DNA of 64,000 nucleotides from Girardia tigrina (lineage: Eukaryota), in assembly GCA_001938485.1 (NCBI GenBank), contig MQRK01220805.1:74757-138756 (forward strand), written 5' to 3'. The position numbers and the translations under genes are program-made. Below, piece after piece: positions 54,001 through 62,652 of the stretch. Below the pieces are notes generated by a model that worked only from the letters and a program-made list of their open reading frames with translations, was not told where the DNA came from and did not search any database. The first letter of the stretch is position 1. Each line of letters opens with the position of its first letter.

Positions 54001-57000
54001 TCTAAAATATTTTACTAAAAATAAATTATTAAATAATAAAAAATATTTTAAAATTTTCATATCGTCATTTTTCAATCAAAATATTTTTAGAATAATTTTT
54101 ATACTCAATTTTACTATTTGTTTCATAGTAATTCTTTTTATTTTAAATTTTTAATATAACATTAATAATAAATTTGATAAATATTGAATTTTTTATTACT
54201 TTTATCAAAATAATTTCACAAAATTAGATCAAAAAAAATCTAAATGATGTTTTTATTATTTTAAAACAATATTAGGGTGAACCAAAAGTCTTTTCGTATT
54301 TTCTACGTCTTTTTGTTCAATTGTTTCTTATTACCAAATAAAGATATTTTATATACATGTATTATATGTTTTTAAAGCTCTTCAACTGCTCTATCACAAT
54401 ATATATTAAAACTTATAATTAGTCGTTAATATAATTTTTATGGTCTTTTAGAAAAATTATAGAAAATTTTGAAATTCGTGTTCTTTTACGCCATTACTGG
54501 AAACAGGGCTTAAATGCAACTGCAGCAACAAAGAAGATATGCGAAGTTGAAGGCGATAATGTGGTCTCAAATCGTACTGCACAAAATTGATTCAAAAGGT
54601 TCAAAGAATGCGACATTGACCTCGGAGACAATGACGTTCAGGCCGACCTATCACCATAGATTCAGGAGCAATTGGTGAAGCTGTCGAGACAAATCCGTCA
54701 ATAAGTACTCGCAGATTGTCGACCGAACTCGATATTCCTCAAACATCCATTGTACGACACTTTCACGCTCTTGGCAAGATCAATAGACGATGACGACAAG
54801 TGCCTCATGAATTGACACAAATTCAAGTCGAAAATTGCTTGAAAATCCGCGCGATGACCGTTTCATCCGTTGAATTGTAACTTGCGATGAAAAGTGGGTT
54901 TACTTCAGTAATCCAGACCAAAAAAATCAATGGTTGGACCCCGGACAAATGGCGAAACCGGTAGCGAAACGAGATCGTTTCTCAAGGAAGGCACTTTTGT
55001 GTATTTGGTGGAATTTCGAAGGCTTGATTCACTTCGAGATGGTTCCAAATGGTCGTACCATCGACGCTGACCTTTACTGCGCCCAACTTGATCGAATGTA
55101 TGCGGCACTTGGTGAGAAATACCCCGCTTTGATCAATCGAAAGCGAGTTCTTCTACCACAGGACAATGCAAAACCGCACACCGCCAAACAAAAAAAGGAA
55201 AAAATCAAAAATCTCGACACCTTTGAACTTCTTCCACACCCAGCGTATAGCCCGGATCTTGCACCTTCCGACTATCAACTTTTCCGCTCTATTGCACTTT
55301 CTTCGTGGTCGCAGCTTCAATAATCTGGCCGAGGTCGAAAACGGGTGTCACCAGTTCTTCGCTTCTAAGAACAAGGATTGGTACCGCAGCGGGATCGCAC
55401 AACTTGCCCATAGATGGGTTCAAGCTATAGATTCAAATGGCCTTTACTTTGAAACTTAAATGTTTTTTATTTGTTGTAAAATTATTTTTAAATTTTTAAT
55501 AAAAAATACAAAAAGACTTTTGGTTCACCATAATAATTTTGTAAAATATTTTCTTAAAAAGAAAAAAATAATATTCCGTCTATTAGACAGGTACATTAAA
55601 TAATATTGTCATATTAAAAAATTGTTATACCATCTTAAATATGCATTAAAATTTTTGCAACTTCCTTACATTTTCTATAATAGACTAACTTTTTTATATA
55701 AATTCATTTAGTAAACAAAATCAGATTATGTATTTGTTTATTTAACCCACGGTTCCAAAGGGCATGCTTAGGTAGGCTTTTATCTTCGAAAGACTTTAAG
55801 TAATTTTGTAAAGTTTCGTTATCGATTGTAATCAGTTGCTCAATTAGGTCATCTTTTTCTAGAATGAATATTATATTTTAAGTGGTAAATAAAGTCGAAT
55901 TACGAAAGTGTATTATATTTAATCGTAATAAAAATAAAATGTTTAATAAGTTAAATAATAGGAAAGTCTCAATTAAAAATAAAAACCCCAACCATCGAGG
56001 AAACACGGCATTTCATTAGTAAAATGAAAACAGTGATTATTCAAACAAAAATAAATCTTCAACAAATTAATCAAAAACCAATAAATAAAAAATCCTTTCC
56101 AGCTTAAAAAGAATATTCGAAACCGACTTACTAGAAAGAAGAAATCTATTCGTATTTTAATAATTTATAATTAATAATTTAAACAAAAAGTTTTGATTTT
56201 ACTTCTCACTCAAATACTTTGACTTTATTCATAATAATTATTACTTAAAAATAATTAATAATTTGAGATAATAAATATAAATATAATTTTTACGACGCTT
56301 ATATTAACTAACTTCATTTATCTGTTTGTTTGCTAAAAACTTTCAACAGATTTTTCACCAACTTCCCATAGTTCGATTGAACTGAAATTTTTCATAAATG
56401 TGTAATCCTGATGAAAACACATTAATAAATTAAAAAATGTACTATCTAAATTATTACTTAGTCATTTTTGGCAAAAAAATGAGATAGCTCCTTAATTACC
56501 CTTTATTATTTTAATTCTTTTCTATTTGTTATAATTTTGAATTTTCAGTATTTTTTCTATTAGAAAAATTGTGATTTGAAGATAGAATTTGTCAAAATTT
56601 GCCGGTGTGATAATTAGAAAACAAATTTTGTAAATTTTTGTAATGCTATTGAATTAATTTTCAAATTGAGATTTTTTGGAATAAACGATTTTTCGAGAAT
56701 TTAAAAGAGGAATTTTATTTATAAATTTTGTGATAATTGGTCAAAATTGCTGTGAAGACTCAGTTGAAACGATTGATTCGCAAGCTATTAATAGAGAGCA
56801 ACTGATTCCGTCATATGTGATGGACAGAGCAAATCCAAAACCGATGATTGAACAAATATCGGTTTTAAATAATTGTATTTATAAATTTAATTAGTTTTTT
56901 GTTTTAAATTATTTAATTTAAAAATTTGTGTAATGTTTTTATTATTTTAATTAATATTCGGAAATGTTTAAATAATTATTATTTATAATAAAATTATAAA

Positions 57001-59019
57001 AAAATAGCATTACAAATCTTAATTATTCAAAATTTTGATTTATTGATATATACAAATATAAAAATAAACTATATATTAAACTATACATATACTTTCCTTT
57101 TTATATAGAAATTCATTATTACTAGATAAAAATTAATAATTTATCGATAAAAACGAATAATTTTATATTAGAAGCGAATAGGGTGTAAAAGCATTTGATT
57201 TTTCATTTTTATAGCAACATTATTTTAGTATGTATTTAAATATTTTAGTATATTTAAATTAAAAAACAAACTAAATAAACATTTAATTTTTATTGGATAA
57301 GGTTCAATTATTTTAACTTTTTAAACCACTTTCTCATATTTATTACATAAATTTAGGCCAGCGGCGTAGCCAGGATTGCAGAGGGGAGTGGAAAAAAATT
57401 CTTGAAAGATCTAGCAATCTTAAATATAAACTTCGTGGCAAAAATAACAAGAATGAAATAATATTTATTTATTTTTATTTCTTTATAATTACATGTCCAG
57501 TCGACGCTTTCCTTTGCGGAACTCGTGAATAAAATCTTCAAACGATACTTCTATGTTACGATGAATGCTCAAAAACATTAATCCATTGAGTCTTTCCTCT
57601 CCTGTCGTATTTCTGTCATCGGTTTTGAGTTGTTTCATCTTACTGAATGATCGTTCGATATCAGTAGTCGTTACAGGAATCACATTGTAAATTTTCAGTA
57701 ATGTAAAAACATTCGGGAAGAATTGTTGTGGACAATTTTTAAGGTGGTCTATTGCTGTTTTTGGCTTCTCGGCTAAATTTTTCAATCTTTTCTGCCACAT
57801 TTCAACTTCTGCTAAGAACATCTGAAGTGTTCCGTTTAAATCGTCTGCATAGAAATAAAAAAGATGATCGAGACTAAGTGGGGCATTTTATCAGGGGGGG
57901 CTGGAAATCCACCCAATCACCCCCCTGGCTACGCGCCTGATTTAGGCACATTATCAAAATGCTTATTTGAGGCCCCAATTTGGGGCGAAGTATTTTATCA
58001 AGATATTTATCAAAAATGGTCAATTTATTTTTAGTACCATATTCACCGGAACTTAATCCAATCGAAAACTTTACCAATAATTAAAGCAAGGTTTCATGTC
58101 TAGAAACAATCAGAATCCGAATTAACAATCGAAAAATGTCTTGATAACTTACTTTGTCCCAATGAGAGTGATGATAATATCTGCTTAAATTTGTATAACA
58201 ATAAGAAAGTGGATTGAAAAAGGCACATATGAAATTTTAATCTAGTTTAAGTGAAATTCTCATTTTGTTTGATTTTTTATTTAAATACATACTAATTTAA
58301 ATGTATGCTAAAAATAATCAATGCACGCTAAAATAATGTTGCTATAGATGAAAACCCCTATAAATAAAATATATAATAATTAATATTTACAAATGAAAAT
58401 ATAATTAATATATTATATATTATAACTTAACAAAAATATTCAATGAAAATAAATAATAATTACATTATGTTTAAATTATAATTAAAATGAAAGTATTTGA
58501 AAAGTGAGAAGCAAAAACGAGAGCGAAAAACTATTAACAAAAATACTTTTGCTGCTGAGATTCTTCAATTTGATATTCTGCTCGGATTTCTCCTCCTCCA
58601 TTTTCCTTAGTGATAATCCCAGCTCCTTGATCATTTGACAGTCCTCCAGCTCAGTTCTGATATCCTTTATCGACTGATACTCTGTTTCAGCGTACGCCTT
58701 GCATTCAACAGCATCTTTGATTAATTTACAAACTGCAATTAAAAATTGAATATTGATTCAATTATTTCATTCAATCGAATTAATTAAATTATAAATATTT
58801 ACCAGTGTCATTATTATTATTATCGTTAATATTACTAATACTATAATCTCTTTCACTGTCAGAATCACTCGTTGACACACCATTCTTTCGAATATCAAAT
58901 TTGATTGATAATTTATTTAGATTCTCTTGATATCTGTTCGTCCATTCCCGAATCACTTTTTCTAGTAAATTTTCATTATTAACTAAATCCAATCTAAGCA
59001 TATCTTTAATGCAAGACAT
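5471..59019 (-). CDS. Large multi-exon host gene encoding a coiled-coil-rich protein of unknown function (gene span)
   Basis: GT-AG exon chain, mostly phase-consistent: 58803-59019, 58547-58732, 55751-55858, 43592-43767, 43538-43545, 43277-43501, 43183-43219, 42996-43132, 42688-42938, 42604-42642, 42484-42557, 39441-39649, 37777-37920, 35222-35332, 32705-32767, 32169-32205, 31075-31096, ~30674-30871, ~27281-27558, 26930-27001, 26826-26878, 24614-24729, 22099-22224, 21979-22044, 15086-15229, 9648-9981, 8070-8178, 7912-8025, 5791-5826, 5634-5747, 5471-5584. Three central junctions are unresolved, so two tandem genes cannot be excluded. Confidence 0.75.
6012..6040. repeat. (TA)n microsatellite at a Tc1 end
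   Basis: TA run directly abutting the CAGTAG terminus. Confidence 0.9.
6041..6965 (-). mobile_element. Truncated Tc1 transposon
   Basis: TA|CAGTAGGGGACAAATT terminus. Minus-strand fragments WSKVCFSDES, PIETLWAIVK and SMPQWLQAIIAVKGGNTKF. Confidence 0.85.
6970..7800 (+). mobile_element. Penelope-like element remnant (GIY-YIG C-terminus plus pLTR)
   Basis: HLY..RVQKHS..SNIAEH..NDFKIF..YWE..CEA*LIRSCDQKINVQ, homologous to 24004..24410, followed by TATATAA and a hammerhead motif. Confidence 0.75.
7715..7760 (+). ncRNA. Minimal type-I hammerhead ribozyme (pLTR)
   Basis: CTGATGA (7722) T GACGG-TTAAA-CCGTC GAAA TATA TT. Stem I is weak in this copy. Confidence 0.75.
7912..8178 (-). CDS. Host exons 8070-8178 and 7912-8025
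   Basis: TNIKDSADSSSEKKKIQKYVSLHKSKHRSISLESNE|VSYNDNSTQTVGESVILLKSKFLVTDLEKYEEFRELQE, with a 44-bp intron. Phases match both neighbours. Confidence 0.8.
8550..9080 (-). mobile_element. Mariner transposase 3' remnant
   Basis: LLHGN...SPPYSPDLSLTGYHFF...GAYFDE, a YSPDL motif. Confidence 0.75.
9330..9551 (+). mobile_element. IS630-like Tc1 DDE fragment
   Basis: NISLIMTIS...SVNRDKYQEVL...YLIHENASIH resembles the middle of a DDE_3 domain (xDNASIH). Confidence 0.5.
9648..9981 (-). CDS. Host exon (coiled coil)
   Basis: AG|..LFEAKQKLQSELESVDREYARQMARERKRLEES...KRPRTP|GT. Phase 1 in and phase 2 out match exons 15086 and 8178. Confidence 0.85.
11347..11516. mobile_element. MULE-like MITE with internal TTAGG(G)-like repeats
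   Basis: Imperfect TIRs GGGAGGCAGAATAATTTTAACAAAAAAAT / ATTTTTTTGTTGAAATTAATTCAGCAACCC, flanked by CTAATTAT / CTAATTAC (8-9 bp TSD, one mismatch). Confidence 0.6.
11801..13260 (-). mobile_element. Tc1 (DD34E) transposon with decayed transposase 12147..13187
   Basis: TA|CAGTAGCGGACAC terminus. Motifs MGKRCDLS (HTH), VCFSDET, MHDSAPCH and WPGNSPDLNPIENIW. The second TIR was not found. Confidence 0.9.
13440..13872 (+). mobile_element. Mariner 3' fragment
   Basis: LLLQDNAPIH...HPPYSPNLAPSDFYLF, ending in a TIR-like TACTTAATTGACGCACCATG|TA. Confidence 0.75.
13897..14110 (+). repeat. Non-autonomous repeat (Helentron/HINE-like), second copy at ~56285..56480
   Basis: Both copies share TTTTT..ACGCTTATA..CTGTTTG..GCTAAAAA..CGATTGARCTGAAATTTT..CTGATGA..AGTCATTTTT. 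The family assignment is inference. Confidence 0.45.
14279..14931. mobile_element. piggyBac-type MITE
   Basis: TTAA|CACATTGTAATCGG ... CCGATCACAATGTG|TTAA, with internal repeats CGGRTCACRT..ATACG. Confidence 0.85.
15086..15229 (-). CDS. Host exon (coiled coil)
   Basis: DNGISRSLESYYQEQLNKCYDDISRLKQQLESTQQLLTSKLPADAAQ, AG/GT boundaries, phase 1-1. Confidence 0.85.
15634..15942 (+). mobile_element. IS630-like Tc1 remnant interrupted by a mariner
   Basis: MSEENYRRKT...LLDESGFS|, resuming after 17300 as LHTSINY (a DESGFxLHT motif). Confidence 0.55.
15943..17297 (-). mobile_element. Full-length mariner (DD34D, irritans-like TIR) with frameshifted transposase
   Basis: TIRs TA|CGAGGGGTGTCCCAAAAGTTC ... 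GAACTTTTGGGACACACCTCG. Motifs KWVP, IVTVDETW, PYSPDLALSDYHLF. Confidence 0.93.
17433..18139. mobile_element. Foldback element with ~290-bp inverted arms and a 7-bp TSD (AGAAACT)
   Basis: 17433..~17723 is the near-perfect reverse complement of ~17851..18139. AGAAACT lies at 17426..17432 and 18140..18146. Confidence 0.85.
20439..20510 (+). repeat. 15-bp tandem repeat (AACAGCGAA core) x4
   Basis: ataacagcgaattac aaaacagcgagttac ataacagcgaatccc aaaacagcgaatt; resembles a MULE subterminal array. Confidence 0.7.
21045..21260 (+). mobile_element. Mariner N-terminal (HTH) fragment
   Basis: RTGRPS..NSEAIRETIKTNASSSIRRLSLKLNIPQTSIVWHLHGLGK, homologous to 54630..54790. Confidence 0.7.
21488..21721. 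mobile_element. piggyBac-type MITE
   Basis: TTAA|CCCCTTTACCATG ... CATGGTAAAGGGG|TTAA, with three copies of the palindromic motif ACGAGTTAACTCG. Confidence 0.92.
21979..22224 (-). CDS. Host exons 22099-22224 and 21979-22044
   Basis: LLNVNSVSKDYTPLVTEYLQYLMTLECVDFNNENSRQHPIF|MLNELQTNIQKMSEKQLLTDR, with a 54-bp intron, phase 1. Confidence 0.8.
22850..23115 (+). mobile_element. Penelope-like 3' end / pLTR
   Basis: SEALIKAVNPAINIQSSDSSTLLKVFA*, homologous to the GIY-YIG tail of the other copies, then TATATAA and a hammerhead. Confidence 0.7.
23024..23068 (+). ncRNA. Minimal type-I hammerhead ribozyme
   Basis: GC CTGATGA (23031) T GACGGA-TAT-TCCGTC GAAA TATA TT^GC. Confidence 0.8.
23817..23862 (-). 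ncRNA. Hammerhead ribozyme copy in the inverted pLTR (core variant CTGGAGA)
   Basis: Minus strand: GT CTGGAGA T GGCGG-GTAAT-CCGCC GAAA TTAA TT^AC. Confidence 0.65.
24476..24521 (+). ncRNA. Minimal type-I hammerhead ribozyme
   Basis: TTTAGT CTGAAGA (24483) T GGCTGG-TAAT-CCGCC GAAA TTAA TT^ACAAAA. Confidence 0.75.
24614..24729 (-). CDS. Host exon
   Basis: NIFKLLSETSVRLLTEMVSSINKINCIIAGGQKDSLTN; phase 2 in and phase 1 out match both neighbours. Confidence 0.8.
24964..25299. mobile_element. hAT-type MITE
   Basis: TIRs CAGGGTTTTTTAAGGT / ACCTTAAAAAACCCTG, with a decayed 8-bp TSD AACAAAAT / AATAAACT. Confidence 0.8.
26826..27558 (-). CDS. Host exons ~27281-27558, 26930-27001, 26826-26878
   Basis: CINKRKSTSLSRMIHENFES...SPTN|DLDKLEELESPYAQTKEVHEAKQN|HIDMTESANELNSDEIN, with a 51-bp intron at 26879..26929. 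Confidence 0.7.
28485..29826 (+). mobile_element. Tc2/POGK-like pogo transposon, internally deleted
   Basis: TA|CCGTAATCACCCAAGTATAATGCTC ... GAGTATTATACTTGGGTGATTACAG|TA. Motifs GNVDETP, KGWV, LLMCDQFRAH, LQPLNVVLNKPFK. Confidence 0.9.
29871..30610. mobile_element. hAT (Buster/Charlie-type) MITE
   Basis: TIRs CAGTGGTCTTCAAACT / AGTTTGAAGACCACTG, with a perfect 8-bp TSD GTTTAGAA (central TA). Confidence 0.95.
30674..32767 (-). CDS. Host exons 32705-32767, 32169-32205, 31075-31096, ~30674-30871
   Basis: MIYNFCRNSTYQGLKQEWLR|SRYFSESPFFRN|SERSTSTL|KSDESCSKSVINEETC... Phases 1-1, 1-2, 2-0 and 0 chain correctly. The donor of the last exon is uncertain. Confidence 0.65.
32932..34342 (+). mobile_element. 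Full-length mariner (DD34D) with frameshifted transposase ~33112..34264
   Basis: TA|TTGAGTTGGCCAAAAAGTCATTG ... CAATGACTTTTTGGTCAATCCAA|TA. Motifs WLPHEL, LITGDEKW, HDNARPH, YSPDLAPSDFHLF. Contains an N gap. Confidence 0.93.
35222..35332 (-). CDS. Host exon
   Basis: AG|VYPSYQRYTETVKYDDNVLIQMCSASFCIQLSLGLEL|GT, 111 nt, only one frame open. Confidence 0.65.
35920..37647 (+). mobile_element. Tigger/pogo transposon, 5'-truncated, TIGD1-like pseudogene
   Basis: Motifs FEASQRW, FNVDETELFW, ENAPGNP, NTTPVIQPMDQG; 3' terminus ...GAGGTGTTGGTG|TA. Confidence 0.88.
37777..37920 (-). CDS. Probable host exon
   Basis: TAG|YKDYCINIKDLISQQYKNIILRKNDLKEYQNKPKVIVRLESHSTNIKK|GT; phase 0 joins exon 35332. Confidence 0.5.
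38011..39296 (+). mobile_element. maT-like (DD37D-related) Tc1/mariner element with DD45D spacing
   Basis: ~50-bp TIRs TA|CAGGGTGTGCAAAAAACCGACCACTTTAAATTTGACAATTATTTTGTTTT and its inverse. Motifs FTDE, FQQDGAPSH, WPPCRPDLNVMDYSIW. Confidence 0.92.
39441..39649 (-). CDS. Probable host exon (or two exons)
   Basis: CAG|FSNGTSSLFTLSIVLKHDPYFVSASICYHPECIMFLEH...|GTGAGA; the phase-0 start joins exon 42484. Confidence 0.6.
39732..41918 (-). mobile_element. Full-length Chapaev3 (CMC) transposon with decayed transposase 41689..~40040
   Basis: TAA|CACTGTGTAACAA ... TTGTTGCACAGTG|TAA (3-bp TWA TSD). Motifs FCYICG, NHHDDCYYC, GGYTKYSCFLCLWDSR, PLHVKLGL, MSLKLHYLHSHL, EEQGERFHQD. Confidence 0.9.
41990..42415 (+). 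mobile_element. Highly decayed Tc1-family 3' remnant
   Basis: EFPSSSSDLTSM (PxRSPDLT-like) and TIISELQTAIENEF, with a TIR-like end TTTTAGGAACACTCTG. Confidence 0.45.
42484..43767 (-). CDS. Host exon cluster of 8 exons with 36-57 bp introns, including an 8-nt microexon at 43538-43545
   Basis: LELLQEKQNLEKSLNEL...RINK|NPD|DSELSISEEDS...|NLTQDLKEIQKY|FDKTDDS...|QLPICSDTC...DTKE|PTCSGDQPLHSK|IPTDPLEQMRKIKTAIDNKLFRDK. All junctions are GT-AG and in phase. Confidence 0.85.
44830..45067. mobile_element. Degenerate piggyBac-type MITE
   Basis: TTAG|CCCTTTCAC ... GTAAAGGG|TTAA. Confidence 0.55.
47488..50266 (+). mobile_element. hAT (Tip100/ZMYM1-like) transposon with decayed transposase ~48110..49800
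   Basis: TIRs CATGGCCGGCGC / GCGCCGTCCATG with a perfect 8-bp TSD GCTTGATT. Motifs RGQGYDGAATMSG, HCLMHSTDL, VRGSPKR, LCPT, PKLPRKRK, PVATATSER. Confidence 0.93.
50682..51852 (+). mobile_element. IS630-like Tc1 (DD34E) element with frameshifted transposase 50682..51630
   Basis: Motifs KGRPQ (HTH), YSFKR, IIMDNCSIH-(34)-PPYSPQLNPIEEMF. The 3' end has ~21-bp repeats and ends ...GAAACCCTG|TA. Confidence 0.88.
51886..52084. mobile_element. Small Tc1/mariner-type MITE (degenerate)
   Basis: GGGGCAAAAAGATCTGATATATTCGAAATTT versus AAATTTTAAATGTGTCAGATATTTTTGCACC, an imperfect inverted pair. Confidence 0.45.
52940..53585 (+). mobile_element. Penelope-like element (GIY-YIG domain and pLTR, split by an N gap)
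   Basis: LIYQYTCNGCNATYIGETSRHLCKRIQEH before the gap; TATATAA and a hammerhead after it. Confidence 0.88.
53508..53552 (+). ncRNA. Minimal type-I hammerhead ribozyme
   Basis: TGTT CTGACGA (53514) T GACGG-TTAAA-CCGTC GAAA TTAA TA^AACG. Stem I is UGUU/AACG. Confidence 0.82.
54272..55533 (+). mobile_element. Full-length mariner (DD34D) with disrupted transposase ~54459..55459
   Basis: TA|TTAGGGTGAACCAAAAGTCTTTT ... AAAAGACTTTTGGTTCACCATAA|TA. Motifs VPHEL, VTCDEKW, QDNAKPH, YSPDLAPSDY. Confidence 0.93.
55751..55858 (-). CDS. Host exon 3
   Basis: KDDLIEQLITIDNETLQNYLKSFEDKSLPKHALWN; phase 1-1 links exon 58547 to exon 43767. Confidence 0.75.
57180..58360 (+). mobile_element. Decayed IS630-like Tc1 element hosting a hAT insertion
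   Basis: Inverted ends TTTTCATTTTTATAGCAACATTATTTTAG / CTAAAATAATGTTGCTATAGATGAAAA, and LVPYSPELNPIEN at ~58030. Confidence 0.6.
57359..57939 (-). mobile_element. Non-autonomous hAT (Tip100-type) keeping only the C-terminal dimerisation domain
   Basis: TIRs CAGCGGCGTAGCCAGG / CCTGGCTACGCGCCTG with a perfect 8-bp TSD ATTTAGGC. ORF 57489..57821 contains FPNVFTLLKI..IPVTTTDIERSFSKMK..RNTTGEERLNGL. Confidence 0.93.
58547..59019 (-). CDS. Host exons 1-2 (ATG at 59019)
   Basis: MSCIKDMLRLDLVNNENLLEKVIREW...NDT|CKLIKDAVECKAYAETEYQSIKDIRTELED...NLSSK, with a 70-bp GT-AG intron at 58733..58802. Confidence 0.8.
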
Positions 59020-59574
59020 TGCTTGAAATTTGAATTATGTCAATTGACAGAGAATCGGTTTGCGTTTTTTGAAGTTGCGGTCGGATGTATTAACAAATTA
59101 TCGATTAAAACAACTAGAAAAGATTTTCTATAAGAAATAGGATATTGATTTGTGAAAATTGTATTTAAAATTGAAAAATATTAATTTTATTTCATTTATT
59201 TTTTTAATTTAGATTTTTTTTATTTTTTAAATAAAAATAAAAAATTTGCAAGTTTTTTTTAATTTCTTTAATCAATAAATTTGAGTGATCTTTTATTAGA
59301 AGTGATTTATAATTGGAAATTTAATAAATTGTATTTTTTCTAATCGTTTTTGTGATATAGTTATTTTCGTTTCGAAACAGTCAATTTGTGTAAACTTTAA
59401 TTATCGAAAGTGATAAGATATGAAGAATAATTACATCATATACAATTGAATCAACTAATTGATATATTAATCAATAATACACTTTTATTAGACAAGATAA
59501 TTAAATTTCAAAAAGAATAATTGTATTTTTTGCATGTAATTGTGTGATATTGTATTTTGATGTTTATATGACAA

Positions 59575-62373
59575 GGGGCTGTGCATAAAGTGTGTCATGC
59601 TTTTTCCGTATTTCTAGACTCCCCTCCCCCTGTAACAAAGTGTCACAACTTTGTTCACTCCCATAAAAGAAGTATGCTACAACATCTTTGACTCCACATT
59701 CCAAAAAATTTTTTACTATTAACCCAGTTCGATTGGCAGATAAGAGAAAATTGAACGCATGACCGAATAAAAAATGGTCTTTATTGACCCACGAATAAAA
59801 TAAATATAAAGGTTATTAGAAGAGTGAATTTAGAAAGGAAGAATATAAATAAAAATATTTATTTAGTAAATAATCTGTTCTCTGTATGTAAACACGCACG
59901 TGGAGGACCCCATAATCACAGAAGCAGTATAAGTGTAGTAAATTTACTTTATTAATATCACTAAGTACAGTAAACTAAGTTATCGTAAACTTTCCGAACT
60001 ATCATAAAGTTTCATCATTATCATACATTTGACATATCAAATCAAAATTCAGTTTTCCTCTCAAAAGGTTTTCTGGTGCTATGTAAGTGAAATCAGAGGA
60101 AGATGTGTGTTTTCTTAGTTTATAGTATATGTCACCTCAAAGTCAATTATGTCTACATCTTCTTCATTTAACCATTCAACATCTTCATCTTTTACAAAAG
60201 CAACTATTGTCAGAAGCCCTCTTTGACGTCTGAGAGCAATTCTTGTACTTTATAAACATGTTGATGCTTTTTTCTATTTCAACGGAGACATAATATCAAT
60301 CAAAAAATTTGTAGATGGGGCTCCCAAGACTACTTTGAAGAAAAGGGCAAAATGCATCATATAGAAGATATGAGAACTTGTTCAATTCTTCTGGAAGAAT
60401 AATTTTATCCTTAATCATTTAACTGACAGAAAGATTTTGAGAGTTTAGGGTACCTTCATCAGCAGGTTGTGCTTGTTGACCTATAGCATTTTGAATGAAT
60501 AAAAATGGAGTAGACAGAAATCGTTTTGAAATAACTTTCAGCAAATCACTTCAAAATTTCAAGCAACTATTATCCTCTGTACATTCCACGATTTACAAAA
60601 AAATACTGGCTTGTACGAACATGCTTATAAAACCTATCGTGTTTCAATTCAATCTTTCAATTCAGACTCATTGTATTGAATACAATCCAACACTGTTGGA
60701 TATCGATCAAATATTATATTAGACAAGAATTTTTCAAGCACTTTCGCTACAAGTCCAAAGTTTACTTTCTCAAAGTCTAATTCAATAGTGCGACCTTGAG
60801 ATTCAAGATGTGTTTCAAAGTGATCATATGACAATATTACATGAGCAAGTTCTTTTATTAACAGTGCCTTTCTGCGTTCCATTCTGTTAAATGCACTTCA
60901 ACCTGGTGCGTTCGTTGCAACATACATGGCATTCAAGTCATGCTTTTAAAAGTGATTAACTAATAAGTTAATTACCTTGGTACCTTAGATTTTCACCAGG
61001 GCCTTCATTAACAATGGTGACAATAATTGGTTTAACATTCTCAGATTTTGTTATGCTATTGAATTCAGGAAATTAAAGTAAATGCTCAAAATCCAGACCA
61101 TGACTATAAGCAGTTGAGTTTGAGTGTTAGCAAGATCTTACAGATATGTAGGTGGGACCAACATAACCAACAGCATTCGACTTTCCTAGTGCATTAGGCT
61201 TTATTACAAATCCAGCTATAACTGAAATAATTAGTTTCATTCGTTCTGCAATAATGAAATAATGACAAGTCAAACTAATCCCAAAGTCCAAGTGCATGAC
61301 GATAAGGGCTTGTTCTTTTGCAGGAGTTAACCCAATTGGGATTCTTGCTTTGTTATCTTGGCTTAAGAAGCAGACTTGTTCTGGACCAATAAGTGATAAA
61401 ATTCTTTCAAATGATGAATTGATGTTGTGCAAAACTGTCCAGCAATGTTATTAAGGACAAAAGACTGATTTTCATAAGATTTATTTTTACGAAAAAATTT
61501 GTTATTAGTCTTTGATCGTGTATTTTGAAATTCTACGAGAAACAACCAATATTTAAACAAACTGTCATTTATCAAATTCATAAAAATTAAATTAATTAAT
61601 TTAATTTTAAGACAGTGTCCAAAAATACTTATTGTTTGGGAGGGTTCACAATTTAAATCAGATCACACAAGCATACTTTACATTAAACATTTCATACAAA
61701 TATTTATAATTTCAAACATACCTTACAAATGTGAAAAGCATGTTTGTCATTTTGAACTCTTATCAGACAAACCGTATATATACTGCACTTTTTGAAATCA
61801 AAAAACCATTTTTCTTCAGGTCATCTGTTAATTCCTTGAGAGTTATTATGTTGCGATAAATGCCTTCTTGTTTTCTTTCATGATCTGCAGAATTATAAAG
61901 CACTATATTGATTATAGTTTTCATTAGCTCAGGCTGATCTTCTTTTCTTTCTTTTGAAGAATAATCTTAACTTTGGGATACTGCTTGCAAAGTTCATCCA
62001 ACCTCGTATTTTTCTTTTCACAATTCCGCTACTTACGAGTCTGTTCCAAAATTTTCATTTGTAGCTGAGATTTCAGTTTCTTCTTTTTATCTTCAAAAAC
62101 TTTTATTTGATCCTACTGCTTAGAAGAAAACATTTATGACAATTTTTGTTTGTAAAGTCTAGTCAAATCATTATTCAGGATGTTAAGCTTCTTTAGTAGC
62201 CTTTCTTGCACATGTGTTTTATAATGAAGACTTCCAGAATATGAAGCTGCCTGAGACTGACAAAAAAACGGGACGTCACAGATCTCTTTACTCCTCCCTC
62301 CCCCTGTCACTATGCGTCACAAATTTTCTGACCTCCACCTCCCTTAAAACGTGACATCCTTTAAGGACAGCCC
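59575..62373 (-). mobile_element. Zator transposon with decayed transposase
   Basis: TIRs GGGGCTGTGCATAAAGTGTGTCA / TGACATCCTTTAAGGACAGCCC with 3-bp CAA/TAA flanks. Motifs LSQDNKARIPIGLT, GPTYISVRS, APG*SAFNRMERR, DHFETHL. Confidence 0.85.
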
Positions 62374-62652
62374 TAAGTTATAAATCAGTATGCTCCTCAC
62401 CTAGACACGTATTTCAGTACACACCTTAACAAATATTATTAAATATTAATATTCTATAATAAATATATGTAATAAATAATTTATCATATCTGTAATACAG
62501 TCAACAATCTTCTTGTGTTATATTCTCAAGTACTATATGAATATATCTTATTCATTCATTTTATCTTTAGGCCTTGATTGCCTATTAGATTAATATTAAT
62601 TTATGACAAATTATTCAAATGTATGTTTGAATAATTAAATAATTAATATATA

